Of a stretch of 64,000 nt of DNA, positions 20,776-32,628 are shown piece by piece (the stretch's first letter is position 1; every line of letters starts with the position of its first letter). The stretch lies in NCBI RefSeq assembly GCF_016026235.1, contig NZ_CP065613.1; one strand, 5' to 3'. Position numbers and translations under genes: made by a program. The stretch is from Escherichia coli (GTDB taxonomy: Bacteria; Pseudomonadota; Gammaproteobacteria; Enterobacterales; Enterobacteriaceae). The notes under the pieces are model-generated. The model saw only the letters and a program-made list of their open reading frames with translations, made no database searches and had not been told where the DNA came from.

Positions 20776-21831
20776 TTAAAACTGATAGGTCATGCCAACC
20801 GCGACAATATCATCATTATTAATATTCAATTTGTTATCGCTATCCAGTTGGTTGATTTTATAATCAACAAACGCTGACATATTTTTGTTGAAATAATATG
20901 TAGCCCCGACATCGATATAATTGACCAGATCTTCATCACCGATACCTTCAATATCTTTCCCTTTCGATAAGACATAACCCAGCGATGGACGCAGACCAAA
21001 ATCAAACTGGTATTGAGCGACCGCTTCAAAGTTCTGTGTCTTATTGGCAAAGCCGCCAGTTATTGGCGTCATTTTGCGTGTTTCAGAATAAAAAGTTGCC
21101 AGATAAATATTATTGGCATCGTATTTCAGACCTGTAGCCCATGCTTCTGCACGCTTGCCTGTGCCACGGCTTTGCAGGTTCTGCTCGTTGGTGCGATCTG
21201 AGTTGGTATAGGCCCCACTAATGGCGAAATCGCTGCCGCCAAAGTCATATGTCAATGACGTGCCGAAGCCATCGCCGTTTTGCTTTTTAACGTCGCGGTT
21301 TTCGTTTTTCCCTTGATATTGCAGGGTTAAGTTCAGGCCATCGATAACGCCGAAGAAGTCGGTGTTCCGATACGTCGCCAGACCGCTGGCGCGTTTGGTC
21401 ATAAAGTTGTCGGTCTGCGCCGAGGAGTCGCCACCAAATTCCGGGAACATATCGGTCCAGGCTTCCACGTCATACAACGCGCCCAGGTTACGACCATAAT
21501 CGAAAGAACCCAAATCTTTATATTTCAACCCGGCAAAAGCGAGACGCGTTTTTTGCTGTGCAGTATCACTCTCTGCTTTATTACCGGCAAACTCTGCTTC
21601 CCAACGACCATAACCAGTCAGTTGATCGTTAATTTGTGTTTCGCCTTTAAAACCAAAACGGATATAACTCTGGTCGCCATCTTTACTGTCGTTATCACTC
21701 ATATAATGCATGGCTTTAACTTTGCCATAGACATCCAGTTTATTACCGTCTTTGTTATATATTTCTGCGGCCTGTACGGATGCAGATGCCACAATGCCCA
21801 TCACCACTAATGCCAGAGTGCTCTTTTTCAT
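20776..21831 (-). CDS. phoE: Phosphate-starvation outer membrane porin
   Basis: Porin with signal peptide and C-terminal …[12 protein letters not shown] extends to 21837 (MKMKK), second Met chosen. Confidence 0.9.
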   Translation of the reverse strand: MKKSTLALVVMGIVASASVQAAEIYNKDGNKLDVYGKVKAMHYMSDNDSKDGDQSYIRFGFKGETQINDQLTGYGRWEAEFAGNKAESDTAQQKTRLAFAGLKYKDLGSFDYGRNLGALYDVEAWTDMFPEFGGDSSAQTDNFMTKRASGLATYRNTDFFGVIDGLNLTLQYQGKNENRDVKKQNGDGFGTSLTYDFGGSDFAISGAYTNSDRTNEQNLQSRGTGKRAEAWATGLKYDANNIYLATFYSETRKMTPITGGFANKTQNFEAVAQYQFDFGLRPSLGYVLSKGKDIEGIGDEDLVNYIDVGATYYFNKNMSAFVDYKINQLDSDNKLNINNDDIVAVGMTYQF

Positions 21832-21903
21832 TTTCATTCCTGATTTTAATTAACGCGCGAATATTCAGCGGGAGAGTCCCGTTGAAAACAGGAAAGTTTT
21901 TAA

Positions 21904-21930
21904 CCTGAGATTGTTAAAGATATATTACAG
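21904..21930 (-). promoter_or_regulatory. Pho box (PhoB site) of the phoE promoter
   Basis: Minus-strand CTGTAATATATCTTTAACAATCTCAGG upstream of phoE, resembling CTGTCATA-type Pho box repeats. Confidence 0.5.
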
Positions 21931-22118
21931 ATTAATAATATTCTTAAAATGTGGTAATTTATTAAATCTGTAATAAAAGCGTAAACAACTGCCGCTAGGC
22001 TTGCTGATCCCGCGCAACAAAACACCATGCTTTGCTCGCAGATGGTTGGCAACCGACGACAGTCCTGCTAAAACGTTCGTTTGATATCATTTTTCCTAAA
22101 ATTGAATGGCAGAGAATC

Positions 22119-23222
22119 ATGAGTGACAGCCAGACGCTGGTGGTAAAACTCGGCACCAGTGTGCTAACAGGCGGATCGCGCCGTCTGAACCGTGCCCATA
22201 TCGTTGAACTTGTTCGCCAGTGCGCGCAGTTACATGCCGCCGGGCATCGGATTGTTATTGTGACGTCGGGCGCGATCGCCGCCGGACGTGAGCACCTGGG
22301 TTACCCGGAACTGCCAGCGACTATCGCCTCGAAACAACTGCTGGCGGCGGTAGGGCAGAGTCGACTGATTCAACTGTGGGAACAGCTGTTTTCGATTTAT
22401 GGCATTCACGTCGGGCAAATGCTGCTGACTCGTGCTGATATGGAAGACCGTGAACGCTTCCTGAACGCCCGCGACACCCTGCGTGCGTTGCTCGATAACA
22501 ATATCGTTCCGGTAATCAATGAGAACGATGCTGTCGCTACGGCAGAGATTAAGGTCGGCGATAACGATAACCTTTCTGCGCTGGCGGCGATTCTGGCGGG
22601 TGCCGATAAACTGTTGCTGCTGACCGATCAAAAAGGTTTGTATACCGCTGATCCGCGCAGCAATCCGCAGGCAGAACTGATTAAAGATGTTTACGGCATT
22701 GATGACGCACTGCGCGCGATTGCCGGTGACAGCGTTTCAGGCCTCGGAACTGGCGGCATGAGTACCAAATTGCAGGCCGCAGACGTGGCTTGCCGTGCGG
22801 GTATCGACACCATTATTGCCGCGGGCAGCAAGCCGGGCGTCATTGGTGATGTGATGGAAGGCATTTCCGTCGGTACGCTGTTCCATGCCCAGGCGACTCC
22901 GCTTGAAAACCGTAAACGCTGGATTTTCGGTGCGCCGCCTGCGGGTGAAATCACGGTAGATGAAGGGGCAACCGCCGCCATTCTTGAACGCGGCAGCTCC
23001 CTGTTGCCGAAAGGCATTAAAAGCGTGACTGGCAACTTCTCGCGTGGTGAAGTCATCCGCATTTGTAACCTCGAAGGTCGCGATATCGCCCACGGCGTCA
23101 GTCGTTACAACAGCGATGCATTACGCCGTATTGCCGGACACCACTCGCAAGAAATTGATGCAATACTGGGATATGAATACGGCCCGGTTGCCGTTCACCG
23201 TGATGACATGATCACCCGTTAA
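22119..23222 (+). CDS. proB: Glutamate 5-kinase
   Basis: ORF 22032-23222; start set at [16 protein letters not shown]; amino-acid kinase plus PUA domain. Confidence 0.9.
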
Positions 23223-23233
23223 GGAGCAGGCTG

Positions 23234-24487
23234 ATGCTGGAACAAATGGGCATTGCCGCGAAGCAAGCCTCGTATAAATTAGCGCAACTCTCCAGCCGCG
23301 AAAAAAATCGCGTGCTGGAAAAAATCGCCGATGAACTGGAAGCACAAAGCGAAATCATCCTCAACGCTAACACCCAGGATGTTGCTGACGCGCGAGCCAA
23401 TGGTCTTAGCGAAGCGATGCTTGACCGTCTGGCACTGACGCCCGCACGGCTGAAAGGCATTGCCGACGATGTACGTCAGGTGTGCAACCTCGCCGATCCA
23501 GTGGGGCAGGTAATCGATGGCGGCGTACTGGACAGCGGCCTGCGTCTTGAGCGTCGTCGCGTACCGCTGGGGGTTATTGGCGTGATTTATGAAGCGCGCC
23601 CGAACGTGACGGTTGATGTCGCTTCGCTGTGCCTGAAAACCGGTAATGCGGTGATCCTGCGTGGTGGCAAAGAAACCTGTCGCACTAACGCGGCAACGGT
23701 GGCGGTGATTCAGGACGCCCTGAAATCCTGTGGCTTACCGGCGGGTGCCGTGCAGGCGATTGATAATCCTGACCGTGCGCTGGTCAGTGAAATGCTGCGT
23801 ATGGATAAATACATCGACATGCTGATCCCGCGCGGCGGGGCTGGTTTGCATAAACTGTGCCGCGAACAGTCGACGATCCCGGTGATCACAGGTGGTATAG
23901 GCGTATGCCATATTTACGTTGATGAAAGTGCAGAGATCGCTGAAGCATTAAAAGTGATCGTCAACGCCAAAACTCAGCGTCCGAGCACATGTAATACGGT
24001 AGAAACGTTGCTGGTGAATAAAAACATCGCCGATAGCTTCCTGCCCGTATTAAGCAAACAAATGGCGGAAAGCGGCGTGACATTACACGCAGATGCAGCT
24101 GCGCTGACACAGTTGCAGGCAGGCCCCGCGAAGGTGGTGGCGGTTAAAGCCGAAGAGTATGACGATGAGTTTCTGTCATTAGATTTGAACGTCAAAATCG
24201 TCAGCGATCTTGACGATGCCATCGCCCATATTCGTGAACACGGCACGCAACACTCCGATGCGATCCTGACCCGCGATATGCGCAACGCCCAGCGTTTTGT
24301 TAACGAAGTGGATTCGTCCGCTGTTTACGTTAACGCCTCTACGCGTTTTACCGACGGCGGCCAGTTTGGACTGGGTGCGGAAGTGGCGGTAAGCACACAA
24401 AAACTGCACGCACGTGGCCCAATGGGGCTGGAAGCACTGACCACTTACAAGTGGATCGGCATTGGTGATTACACCATTCGTGCGTAA
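23234..24487 (+). CDS. proA: Gamma-glutamyl phosphate reductase
   Basis: 417-aa aldehyde-dehydrogenase-family ORF immediately after proB. Confidence 0.95.
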   Translation: MLEQMGIAAKQASYKLAQLSSREKNRVLEKIADELEAQSEIILNANTQDVADARANGLSEAMLDRLALTPARLKGIADDVRQVCNLADPVGQVIDGGVLDSGLRLERRRVPLGVIGVIYEARPNVTVDVASLCLKTGNAVILRGGKETCRTNAATVAVIQDALKSCGLPAGAVQAIDNPDRALVSEMLRMDKYIDMLIPRGGAGLHKLCREQSTIPVITGGIGVCHIYVDESAEIAEALKVIVNAKTQRPSTCNTVETLLVNKNIADSFLPVLSKQMAESGVTLHADAAALTQLQAGPAKVVAVKAEEYDDEFLSLDLNVKIVSDLDDAIAHIREHGTQHSDAILTRDMRNAQRFVNEVDSSAVYVNASTRFTDGGQFGLGAEVAVSTQKLHARGPMGLEALTTYKWIGIGDYTIRA

Positions 24488-24601
24488 ATAAAACCGGGTG
24501 ATGCAAAAGTAGCCATTTGATTCACAAGGCCATTGACGCATCGCCCGGTTAGTTTTAACCTTGTCCACCGTGATTCACGTTCGTGAACATGTCCTTTCAG
24601 G

Positions 24602-24677
24602 GCCGATATAGCTCAGTTGGTAGAGCAGCGCATTCGTAATGCGAAGGTCGTAGGTTCGACTCCTATTATCGGCACCA
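24602..24677 (+). tRNA. thrW: tRNA-Thr (anticodon CGU)
   Basis: GCCGATATAGCTCAGTTGGTAGAGCAGCGCATTCGTAATGCG… cloverleaf with CGT anticodon loop and TTCGA T-arm, ending GGCACCA. Confidence 0.9.
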
Positions 24678-24803
24678 TTTAAATCAAGTAGTTACCCCAT
24701 ATTTAAATACACCACGTTTCCTCCTGTGCCGTATTTGTGCCATTGTAACCCTGGCAATTAATCAAAATACTGTTCTGACATCAGGCAATGCAGGTGCAGA
24801 CAT

Positions 24804-25214
24804 TTAAGCCAATTGCTGCCGCCATTCCTTGACGTGGTCAATCAGGGCGCGGAGCTTTGGTGCAATATTGCGACGCTGTGGGAAATACAGATAGAAGCCC
24901 GGAAATTGTGGAAGAAAGTCATCAAGCAGAGATACAAGCCTACCGCTTTCAATATATGGCCTGAAAGTTTCCTGAGTGGCAATTGTTATTCCTCCGCCGG
25001 CAAGAGCCAGCCTCAACATCAGACGCAGATCATTAGTCGTAATCTGTGGTTCAATCGCAAGGTCGAAAGTTCTCCCGTTTTCTTCAAATGGCCAGCGATA
25101 AGGCGCAACCTCCGGGGACTGACGCCAGCCGATACACTTATGGGTATTTCCCCCGGAGGTGAGAAAGCGCTTTCCACGCCCGGCCGCAAGGATCAGGACG
25201 ACGGGGGCAGGCAT
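24804..25214 (-). pseudogene. yagP: LysR-family regulator, C-terminal fragment only (no HTH domain)
   Basis: 136-aa ORF ending with typical LysR C-terminus (…FPGFYLYFPQRRNIAPKLRALIDHVKEWRQQLA); DNA-binding N-terminal half absent. Confidence 0.7.
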
Positions 25215-26150
25215 GAATCCTCCTCCTGATGGAGACGTACAGAGGCGACTTCTGCCAGCACGGAGAGTGCCAGAGTATGCGCATCCCGGGCTTTGGGGAA
25301 TATCCCGACGGGTGCCCGAATTTGCGCTGTCTCCTCCCTGGACCATCCCAGCTCGTGGAGCTTTTGCAGACGTAACGTGTGGGTTCGATAGCTGCCCAAT
25401 GCGCCGAGATAAAAGGGTTTTGCTTCTCGCGCGGCCTGCAACACTGGCAGCTCCCGGTTGAGATCATGGCACAGCAAAATGACCGCCGTATCGGTATCGA
25501 TCTGAGCGCTGGCTGAGGCCGGAAAAAGATCGAAGATATGGCTGTCATAGCCTGTGGCTGCTGCAAGACTCGCGGTTGCCTGCGCCTCAAGAGAACGTCC
25601 GTAAATCATCAGCCTGACGCATGGCCTGAACCCCACCTCAAAGCCATTGAGATTCCAGCCACGTTCGGGTTTGCGTGGGCAGGCACACCAACGATTGTGC
25701 TTGCGGATCGTAGCGCAGCCCCGCCGGTTTTCTCTGTTCCAGGCGGTTCAGCACGGCGAGCAGAGGCTGTGCCGAGCGTAGTTTATGGAGCGTCAGCGTG
25801 ATCCCACCGCCGCAGGGCAGAACGATGTCAAACCACGGCGAACCTTCGCCATAGCGAATTTCGCGATCGCAGCCTGAGCCCATCATCTCCAGCGCTTCAA
25901 AAGCGGCAGCGGCCTCCACGCAGCCGCCAGAGACAAAACCGCAGTAACGACCATCTTCGCGCACCACCATCTGCGCCCCGAGCGGGCGCGCCGCGCCGCC
26001 GCGTATCTCCACCAGCGTCACCAGCACCGCTCCTTTACCGGACATTAGCGCCTCTACGGCGAAGCGCAGAATGGTCCGGTGGTCATCGGTGAGAAACGCC
26101 TGCTCTGGCTTATGCCAGTGTTCGTCTTTATCAAAAAGCGGGTATGACAT
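25193..26150 (-). pseudogene. paoD: XdhC-family molybdenum-cofactor insertion chaperone, split by a frameshift
   Basis: Two abutting minus-strand ORFs in different frames (26150-25638 N-domain; 25636-25193 C-domain starting RLMIYGRSLEAQ…) that together span an XdhC-like protein. Confidence 0.7.
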
Positions 26151-26159
26151 TGTTCCTCC

Positions 26160-28358
26160 TTAAACCACATCCGGCAGCTTATCGAGCAGCTTATCCAGAG
26201 TGATGGGATAATCGCGTACCCGAATACCGGTGGCGTTATACACCGCGTTGGCGATAGCAGCGCTCACGCCGCACAGGCCCAGCTCACCGACACCTTTGGC
26301 CTTCATCGGGGAGGATATGGGGTCGGTATCATCCAGGAAAATCACCTCCTGTTTTGGGATATCCGCATGGACCGGCACCTCATACCCCGCCATATCGTGA
26401 TTAACGAAGTAGCCCAAACGGTCATCCACCGCCAGCTCCTCCATCAGTGCCGCGCCCATGCCCATAGTCATTGCGCCAATGACCTGGCTGCGTGCAGTTT
26501 TCGGATTCAGGATGCGTCCTGCAGCACACACAGCGAGCATATGCCGGACCCGAACTTCTCCCGTCGCGCTATGCACGCCGACCTCCACAAAATGCCCGGC
26601 AAAGGTCGACTGCTGGTACTCCTTGCTCAGTGTTCCGAATTCAATGCTCTCTTCCGCTGTCAGTCTGCCGCCTGCGGTGGCCTCATGTAGCGTGGCGCTT
26701 CGGGTACCGTTGGTAATCTTGCCGTCGGCAAACTGCGACTGCTCAGGATCAAACCCGACTGCCGAGGCAATCATTTCGCGAAGCTTCACACAGGCGGCGT
26801 AAACGCCGGAGGTGGAGGTATTCGCGCCCCATTGTCCGCCAGAACCCGCAGAAACCGGGAAACTGGAGTCGCCAAGGTGAACCGCAACCTGCTCCAGCGG
26901 TACGCCAAGCATTTCCGCCGCCGTCTGGGCCAGAATGGTGTAGCTGCCGGTGCCAATGTCGGTCATGTCCGTTTCCACGGTAACGGTGCCGTTTTGTTCG
27001 AGGTGAACCCGAGCCCCCGATTTTTCCAGCAGATTATTGCGAAAGCCCGCCGCGACGCCGTGGCCGACTAGCCACTCTCCGTCGCGTACCTGTCCGGGTG
27101 TGGCGTTGCGCTGCTTCCAGCCAAATTTATCCGCTCCGGTGCGCAAGCACTCGATAAGCTGACGGCGAGAGAAGCGGCGCGTCGGGTCGGCGGGGTCAAC
27201 CTGAGTGTCATTCAGGATGCGAAACTCGACGGGATCGATGCCCGCTTTTTCCGCCAGTTCGTCGATCGCGATTTCGAGCGCCATCAGACCGGGGGCTTCG
27301 CCGGGCGCACGCATGGCGTTCCCTTCCGGCAAATCAAGCGTGGCGAGCCGCAGGCCGGTATGACGGTTTGCCCCGGCGTAGAGTAATTCGCTTTGCTGTA
27401 CCGCCGTTTCCGGCGTGCCGCCGAGCAGGTTTCCGGACCAGCTTTCATGTGAGATAGCTGTGATTTTCCCGCTCTGGTCGGCACCGATACGCAGGTGCTG
27501 AAGGGTGGCGGGGCGGTGCGTGGTGTTATTGGGAATAGTGGGGCGGGGGAGCATCACTTTAACCGGACGTTTCACCGCTCGGGCGGCGAGGGCCGCCAGC
27601 AGCGCATCGCTTCTCAGGAACAGCTTGCCGCCAAACCCTCCGCCGATATACGGGGAGATAATACGCACATTCTCCACGGGCACTTTCAGCGTTTTTGCCA
27701 GATCGGTGCGGCACCAGTCAATCATCTGATTTGAGGTCCAGAGAGTAAGCTTATTTCCATCCCAGACGGCCATCGAGGCATGCGGCTCCATCGCCATATG
27801 GCTCTGGTCCGGGGTCGTGTAGGTAGCATCAATCTTCACCGCAGCGGAGGAGAAAGCCCCGTCAAAGTCACCGACGTTTTTGTCGGGCGTGCCTTCCGGC
27901 GGCTGATTGACGGCCTGTTTTTCGTCCGCCAGGGAGTAAGCTCCTTTATTACGGCGATAGTGCGCCTGCACCAGCGAGGCCGCCGCTCGCGCCTGTTCGA
28001 AGGTCTCGGCCACTACCAGCGCAATGGCCTGATGATAGTGCTCAATAGTGGGGCCGCCTAACAGCCTGGCGGTGTTTTTGTCGCCTTTGCCGAGTGCCCC
28101 GGCGTTACTGGCGGTAATGACAGCCAGTACGCCCGGCGCTTTTTGCGCGGCGTCCGTATCAAGGGCGGTGAGGCGTCCTTTGGCAATGGCGGAACCGACG
28201 ATATAGCCATAGGCGGCGTTGGGGGATTCTTCATGCCATTCGTAGGCGTAGCGTGCCGTGCCGGTAGTTTTCAGCGGTCCGTCGATGCGGTCATAGGGAC
28301 GACCGACAACCTTCAGCTGATCGATCGGGTTTTCCCCTGCGGGTTTATCAAATTTCAT
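26160..28358 (-). CDS. paoC: Aldehyde oxidoreductase molybdopterin-binding subunit (xanthine dehydrogenase family)
   Basis: 732-aa ORF with Ald_Xan_dh domains; stop/start overlaps with neighbours. Confidence 0.9.
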   Translation of the reverse strand: MKFDKPAGENPIDQLKVVGRPYDRIDGPLKTTGTARYAYEWHEESPNAAYGYIVGSAIAKGRLTALDTDAAQKAPGVLAVITASNAGALGKGDKNTARLLGGPTIEHYHQAIALVVAETFEQARAAASLVQAHYRRNKGAYSLADEKQAVNQPPEGTPDKNVGDFDGAFSSAAVKIDATYTTPDQSHMAMEPHASMAVWDGNKLTLWTSNQMIDWCRTDLAKTLKVPVENVRIISPYIGGGFGGKLFLRSDALLAALAARAVKRPVKVMLPRPTIPNNTTHRPATLQHLRIGADQSGKITAISHESWSGNLLGGTPETAVQQSELLYAGANRHTGLRLATLDLPEGNAMRAPGEAPGLMALEIAIDELAEKAGIDPVEFRILNDTQVDPADPTRRFSRRQLIECLRTGADKFGWKQRNATPGQVRDGEWLVGHGVAAGFRNNLLEKSGARVHLEQNGTVTVETDMTDIGTGSYTILAQTAAEMLGVPLEQVAVHLGDSSFPVSAGSGGQWGANTSTSGVYAACVKLREMIASAVGFDPEQSQFADGKITNGTRSATLHEATAGGRLTAEESIEFGTLSKEYQQSTFAGHFVEVGVHSATGEVRVRHMLAVCAAGRILNPKTARSQVIGAMTMGMGAALMEELAVDDRLGYFVNHDMAGYEVPVHADIPKQEVIFLDDTDPISSPMKAKGVGELGLCGVSAAIANAVYNATGIRVRDYPITLDKLLDKLPDVV

Positions 28359-29311
28359 GCTTGTGCCCTCGCTTCAGCCAGTACGGAGGCAAGCGTTCGC
28401 TTCGCCAACAGGAGTTTAAAGGTGTTTTCAGCGGTGGGATGGGCGCTGGCGAACAGCGCGTCATATACGGCCTGCGCCCCCTGGGATAGCTGAGCATCCG
28501 CAGCCTCAATGCGCCAGGGCTTATGTGCTACTCCGCCCAGCGCGACGCGCCCGCTGCCGTCAGGCTGAATAATCGCCGCGACCGATACCAGGGCAAAGGC
28601 GTAGGAGGCGCGATCGCGCACCTTACGGTAGATATGTTTTCCGCCGAGCGGCGGAGGTAACGTCACCGCAACGATAAGCTCACCGGGAAGCAGGGCGGTT
28701 TCAATGTGCGGCGTTTTCCCCGGTGGGTGATAAAAATCAGCCAGTGTGATACTGCGAGTCTTTCCCTCCGGCGTGATGGTTTCCACCACCGCATCCAGCA
28801 ACCGCATTGCGACCGCCATATCGCTCGGATGGGTGGCAATGCAGGCTTCGCTTACGCCTACCACCGCGTGCTGACGGCTAAAGCCTTCAAGCGCCGCGCA
28901 GCCGCTCCCGGGCAGGCGCTTATTGCAGGGCTGATTGGTGTCGTAAAAATAGGGGCAGCGCGTGCGCTGGAGCAGATTACCTGCGGTGGTTGCCTGATTA
29001 CGTAACTGACCAGACGCGCCAGCGAGCAGGGCGCGGGAGAGTACCGCGTAATCACGACGCACGCGCTCGTGAGCCGCCAGGTCGGTGTTCCGTACCAGTG
29101 CGCCGATGCGCAGCCCACCCGCGTCGGTCACTTCAATCTTATCGAGCCCGAGGCCGTTCACATCGATAAGGTGGGTGGGCGTTTCAATTTCCAGCTTCAT
29201 CAGGTCCAGCAGATTGGTCCCGCCCGCGATAAATTTTGCGCCGGGTACGCGCTGAGCGCTAAGTGCCGCCTCGGCCGGGGTGTTCACTCGTTCATAGGTA
29301 AACGCCTTCAT
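28355..29311 (-). CDS. paoB: Aldehyde oxidoreductase FAD-binding subunit
   Basis: 318-aa FAD-binding CO-dehydrogenase-type ORF (…[14 protein letters not shown]…). Confidence 0.9.
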   Translation of the reverse strand: MKAFTYERVNTPAEAALSAQRVPGAKFIAGGTNLLDLMKLEIETPTHLIDVNGLGLDKIEVTDAGGLRIGALVRNTDLAAHERVRRDYAVLSRALLAGASGQLRNQATTAGNLLQRTRCPYFYDTNQPCNKRLPGSGCAALEGFSRQHAVVGVSEACIATHPSDMAVAMRLLDAVVETITPEGKTRSITLADFYHPPGKTPHIETALLPGELIVAVTLPPPLGGKHIYRKVRDRASYAFALVSVAAIIQPDGSGRVALGGVAHKPWRIEAADAQLSQGAQAVYDALFASAHPTAENTFKLLLAKRTLASVLAEARAQA

Positions 29312-29997
29312 GATTTTATCTCCCCCGCAGCGTCTTCAATGGCGGCAAGGATGTTAGCGTATGCACCACAGCGACAGATGTTGCCGCTCATACGTTCACG
29401 GATCTCATCGGCAGTTCTTTCTGGAGGGGAAACCAAATCGACCGTGACGTGACTGGGAATGCCGTCCTGAATCTCTTTTAGCACCGCTACTGATGAGCAA
29501 ATTTGCCCGGAGGTGCAGTAGCCGCACTGGAAGCCATCATGCTTGATAAAGGCCGCCTGCATGGGGTGAAGATTATCTGGTGAACCCAGGCCTTCAATGG
29601 TGGTGATCTCGGCCCCCTGATGCATGACTGCCAGCGTCAGGCAGGCATTAAGCCTGCGACCATTGACCAGCACGGTACAGGCTCCGCACTGTCCGTGATC
29701 GCAACCTTTCTTGGTACCGATCAAATGCAGATTTTCACGCAAAGCGTCCAGTAGCGTGGTTCGGGTATCCACCTCAAGCTGCTCGGTTTTGCCGTTCACC
29801 TTAAGTGTCAGGGGCATTATCTCTGGCGCGGGTGTAGCTGCCGGAACGCTTGCCGCAAGCGTAGAATGAGGATAAACCACGGCGGTCGCCGCCGTTGCGG
29901 CGCTCACTTTAATCAGATCGCGACGGGTCAAACTTAAATCGTGCGGCTCGTGCTTCCCAACCCGATTATCTTCGGGGTATTCGCCTTGGTTGCTCAT
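29308..29997 (-). CDS. paoA: Aldehyde oxidoreductase 2Fe-2S subunit with Tat signal
   Basis: 229-aa ORF with twin-arginine motif ([18 protein letters not shown]) and two [2Fe-2S] cysteine clusters. Confidence 0.9.
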   Translation of the reverse strand: MSNQGEYPEDNRVGKHEPHDLSLTRRDLIKVSAATAATAVVYPHSTLAASVPAATPAPEIMPLTLKVNGKTEQLEVDTRTTLLDALRENLHLIGTKKGCDHGQCGACTVLVNGRRLNACLTLAVMHQGAEITTIEGLGSPDNLHPMQAAFIKHDGFQCGYCTSGQICSSVAVLKEIQDGIPSHVTVDLVSPPERTADEIRERMSGNICRCGAYANILAAIEDAAGEIKS

Positions 29998-30414
29998 ACC
30001 AGGCCTCCGGTATTCTAAAGGGGAAAATAAGAGTGCGTTGCGAGAGTGCTGATGCTTTTTTAAACGTTAAGCATAGTCGGCGACAGCAGGAGGATTATTC
30101 TTAAAACGCGAATGCAGCTATGAGTCCGGCTGATAAATTCATGTTCGCCGGGATGTTGATGATGATGGGAGCTGGTTTATTGCTTGAGTTGTACGATGCA
30201 AAAACCGATAAGGAAACCTGTGATTGTCAGCTCTGCATCACCCTGCAAATCTATGTCACTTCTAATATAAAAATAGGGAGAAATGATGGTGCTTATATTC
30301 TTTGGCGATTAGACAACCATTTTGTTATACAAAACAATACAGTTCTTTACATTTACCTTGTTTTATGAATACTCCTAAAGAGGTGTATAACATAATGGTA
30401 CAAGCAGGGTAGAT

Positions 30415-31029
30415 ATGAATATATTTGAACAAACTCCACCGAACCGCAGACGTTATGGTCTTGCTGCATTCATTGGGCTGATTGCTGGCGTTGTTTCCGC
30501 ATTTGTGAAGTGGGGGGCTGAAGTTCCATTGCCGCCACGTAGCCCGGTGGATATGTTTAATGCAGCGTGTGGCCCGGAATCATTAATCAGGGCTGCTGGG
30601 CAAATTGATTGCTCGCGTAATTTTCTCAATCCTCCGTATATTTTTCTTCGAGACTGGCTGGGGCTGACAGATCCCAATGCGGCTGTTTATACCTTTGCCG
30701 GGCATGTCTTTAACTGGGTTGGTGTTACGCACATTATCTTTTCGATAGTGTTTGCTGTCGGTTATTGTGTGGTCGCTGAAGTATTTCCAAAAATTAAACT
30801 CTGGCAGGGCTTACTGGCAGGTGCTTTAGCCCAACTTTTTGTTCATATGATTTCATTCCCTCTCATGGGACTGACACCACCTCTGTTTGATCTCCCGTGG
30901 TATGAGAATGTTTCTGAAATTTTTGGACATTTAGTCTGGTTCTGGTCCATTGAAATTATTCGCAGAGATTTACGAAACAGAATTACTCATGAGCCAGACC
31001 CTGAGATCCCTTTAGGCTCAAACAGATAA
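30415..31029 (+). CDS. yagU: Inner membrane protein (DUF1440 family)
   Basis: 204-aa multi-TM ORF in conserved position. Confidence 0.8.
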
Positions 31030-31275
31030 TGCATTGAATGATAAAAATGGCGCAAATACAGCGCCATTTTTATAGGTTAAAAACATTGCTTTTTATATTC
31101 TGATTCAGATAGTCAGTGAGTATATCGCGCTACTTCAGGATGATGTAGATCCGAAGAACGCTACAGAAGAGAGGCATTGTTGCTGGCAAATAGAAGAAGT
31201 ATCGGGTTTTGTTGCCCCTAAAAACGAAGCCCCGCTATTACAGTAGGCGGGGCAGTGCAATTAATTATTGTATGT

Positions 31276-31605
31276 TTATAACGGTGTCAGCCCGTATTTA
31301 GCCCTTGCACGATTGCAAGCCTCATTGACGACTCCGTTCTCACCAGACATGGCGAATTCTCTGCATGTGGACGATCGATTTTTATATATCGTGCAGCAGG
31401 CATTTTTGCCCGGGGTTCCTGCAAGGGCAATACATCGGGGGTTTTTCTGATTGGTACCGCTCATGCATCGGTGAAAAGGGGATATTTGTTCAGTGAGCCT
31501 GGCGGGAATAGTGCCGCCAGCATCGTCGGCTTCGGCCCAGTAGAAAGAGACGCGGAAAAATGCACAACAGGCACCACACGTCATGCATGGATTCAGATTG
31601 CTCAT
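31276..31605 (-). CDS. ykgJ: Cys-rich zinc/iron-chelating domain protein
   Basis: 109-aa ORF with CxxCxxCC motif (CMTCGACC). Confidence 0.8.
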
Positions 31606-31917
31606 AATTCACCAGTACAGCTATAAATCGTAAAGAGAACAGCGGTACATCGTATGTAAGAACGTACCGCGGTTGGCTGGGGAACTTTCGATAGTGTGAG
31701 TATTGAATGATTTCCAGCCGTTACCGATTTTACGTACTAATTCGTGATTAAACCACTCGTTAGCAGGCTGCCTGATACCTTTCCGTGTCTCCTGAACACT
31801 ATGGTGTGCATATGAGAAAGCCCATCGTTACAGGTGATATTGACGATCGCTTCCACATCATTTAAACGATTTTTGGGGCTCTGAAGTGGAATTCTTCCCT
31901 CGACCGATGGATAAGTC

Positions 31918-32628
31918 TTAGTCCGCCGAAGGGGGCTTAGCCGGACAGGAATCGCTAATCTTAATGAATTTGTCGTTATAGACCAGATAATGATTCCCCG
32001 GCTGACGTAACTCAGGTTGATGAACCACGTCTCCCGGACGTAGATACCAGGCATCGCCTTCCTCTTCGGTCGAATCACATCCTGGTTTAATCAGTAGCTT
32101 AAACCACGTGTTGCCGGTGTTACTTACCGTTCCGGTCACCTGATCGAAGGACCATTTAAACTGAACCTGACGTGGTCGTACTACCAGAATGGTATCCATC
32201 ACCACCACCGGCTCCGTGCTGACCTCACCGCCGGTAGGTCTGCGTTTTGTCAGGTTACGAGTGGGGACCTCGCGAAATGAGACCCGGTAGTAGCGCTCGC
32301 GGTTATCCTGTGGACCATGATAGTAAAATTTAAAATACTCGCTCTCACCAGCCTGCAACGCCAGCTGGCGGGGGGCGAAAAGCAGTTCACCATCCACCGG
32401 TCGGGTGCGCAATTCACTGCTGCCCGGGCTATCAATAGCACTGATGGCAATACGGTATATCCGTGCGCTTTTGTTGTTATTCACTACACGTTTGCTGACA
32501 AAGTCAGTCTCGGACGGCAGTGAAAAAGTCAGATTGCCGACCGAAATCGCCTGTGTCAAAGGTGCCGCCAGCATACAGACCACTGTCAGCAGGGCCTTAG
32601 TTAATGTTACGCCACGTCGCCTGAACAT
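31918..32628 (-). CDS. ecpE: E. coli common pilus chaperone-like protein EcpE
   Basis: Last gene of ecp cluster; ORF extends to 32673 but Met at 32628 precedes signal peptide. Confidence 0.8.
   Translation of the reverse strand: MFRRRGVTLTKALLTVVCMLAAPLTQAISVGNLTFSLPSETDFVSKRVVNNNKSARIYRIAISAIDSPGSSELRTRPVDGELLFAPRQLALQAGESEYFKFYYHGPQDNRERYYRVSFREVPTRNLTKRRPTGGEVSTEPVVVMDTILVVRPRQVQFKWSFDQVTGTVSNTGNTWFKLLIKPGCDSTEEEGDAWYLRPGDVVHQPELRQPGNHYLVYNDKFIKISDSCPAKPPSAD

Noticed and set aside
24678-24803. Possible genomic island or defence system inserted at thrW
   Set aside because: Only ~125 bp separates the tRNA from the next gene; no integrase, att duplication or cargo genes are present.
30120-30368. 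82-aa ORF upstream of yagU
   Set aside because: Hydrophobic N-terminus but AT-rich, low-complexity C-terminus and no convincing SD; left uncalled.
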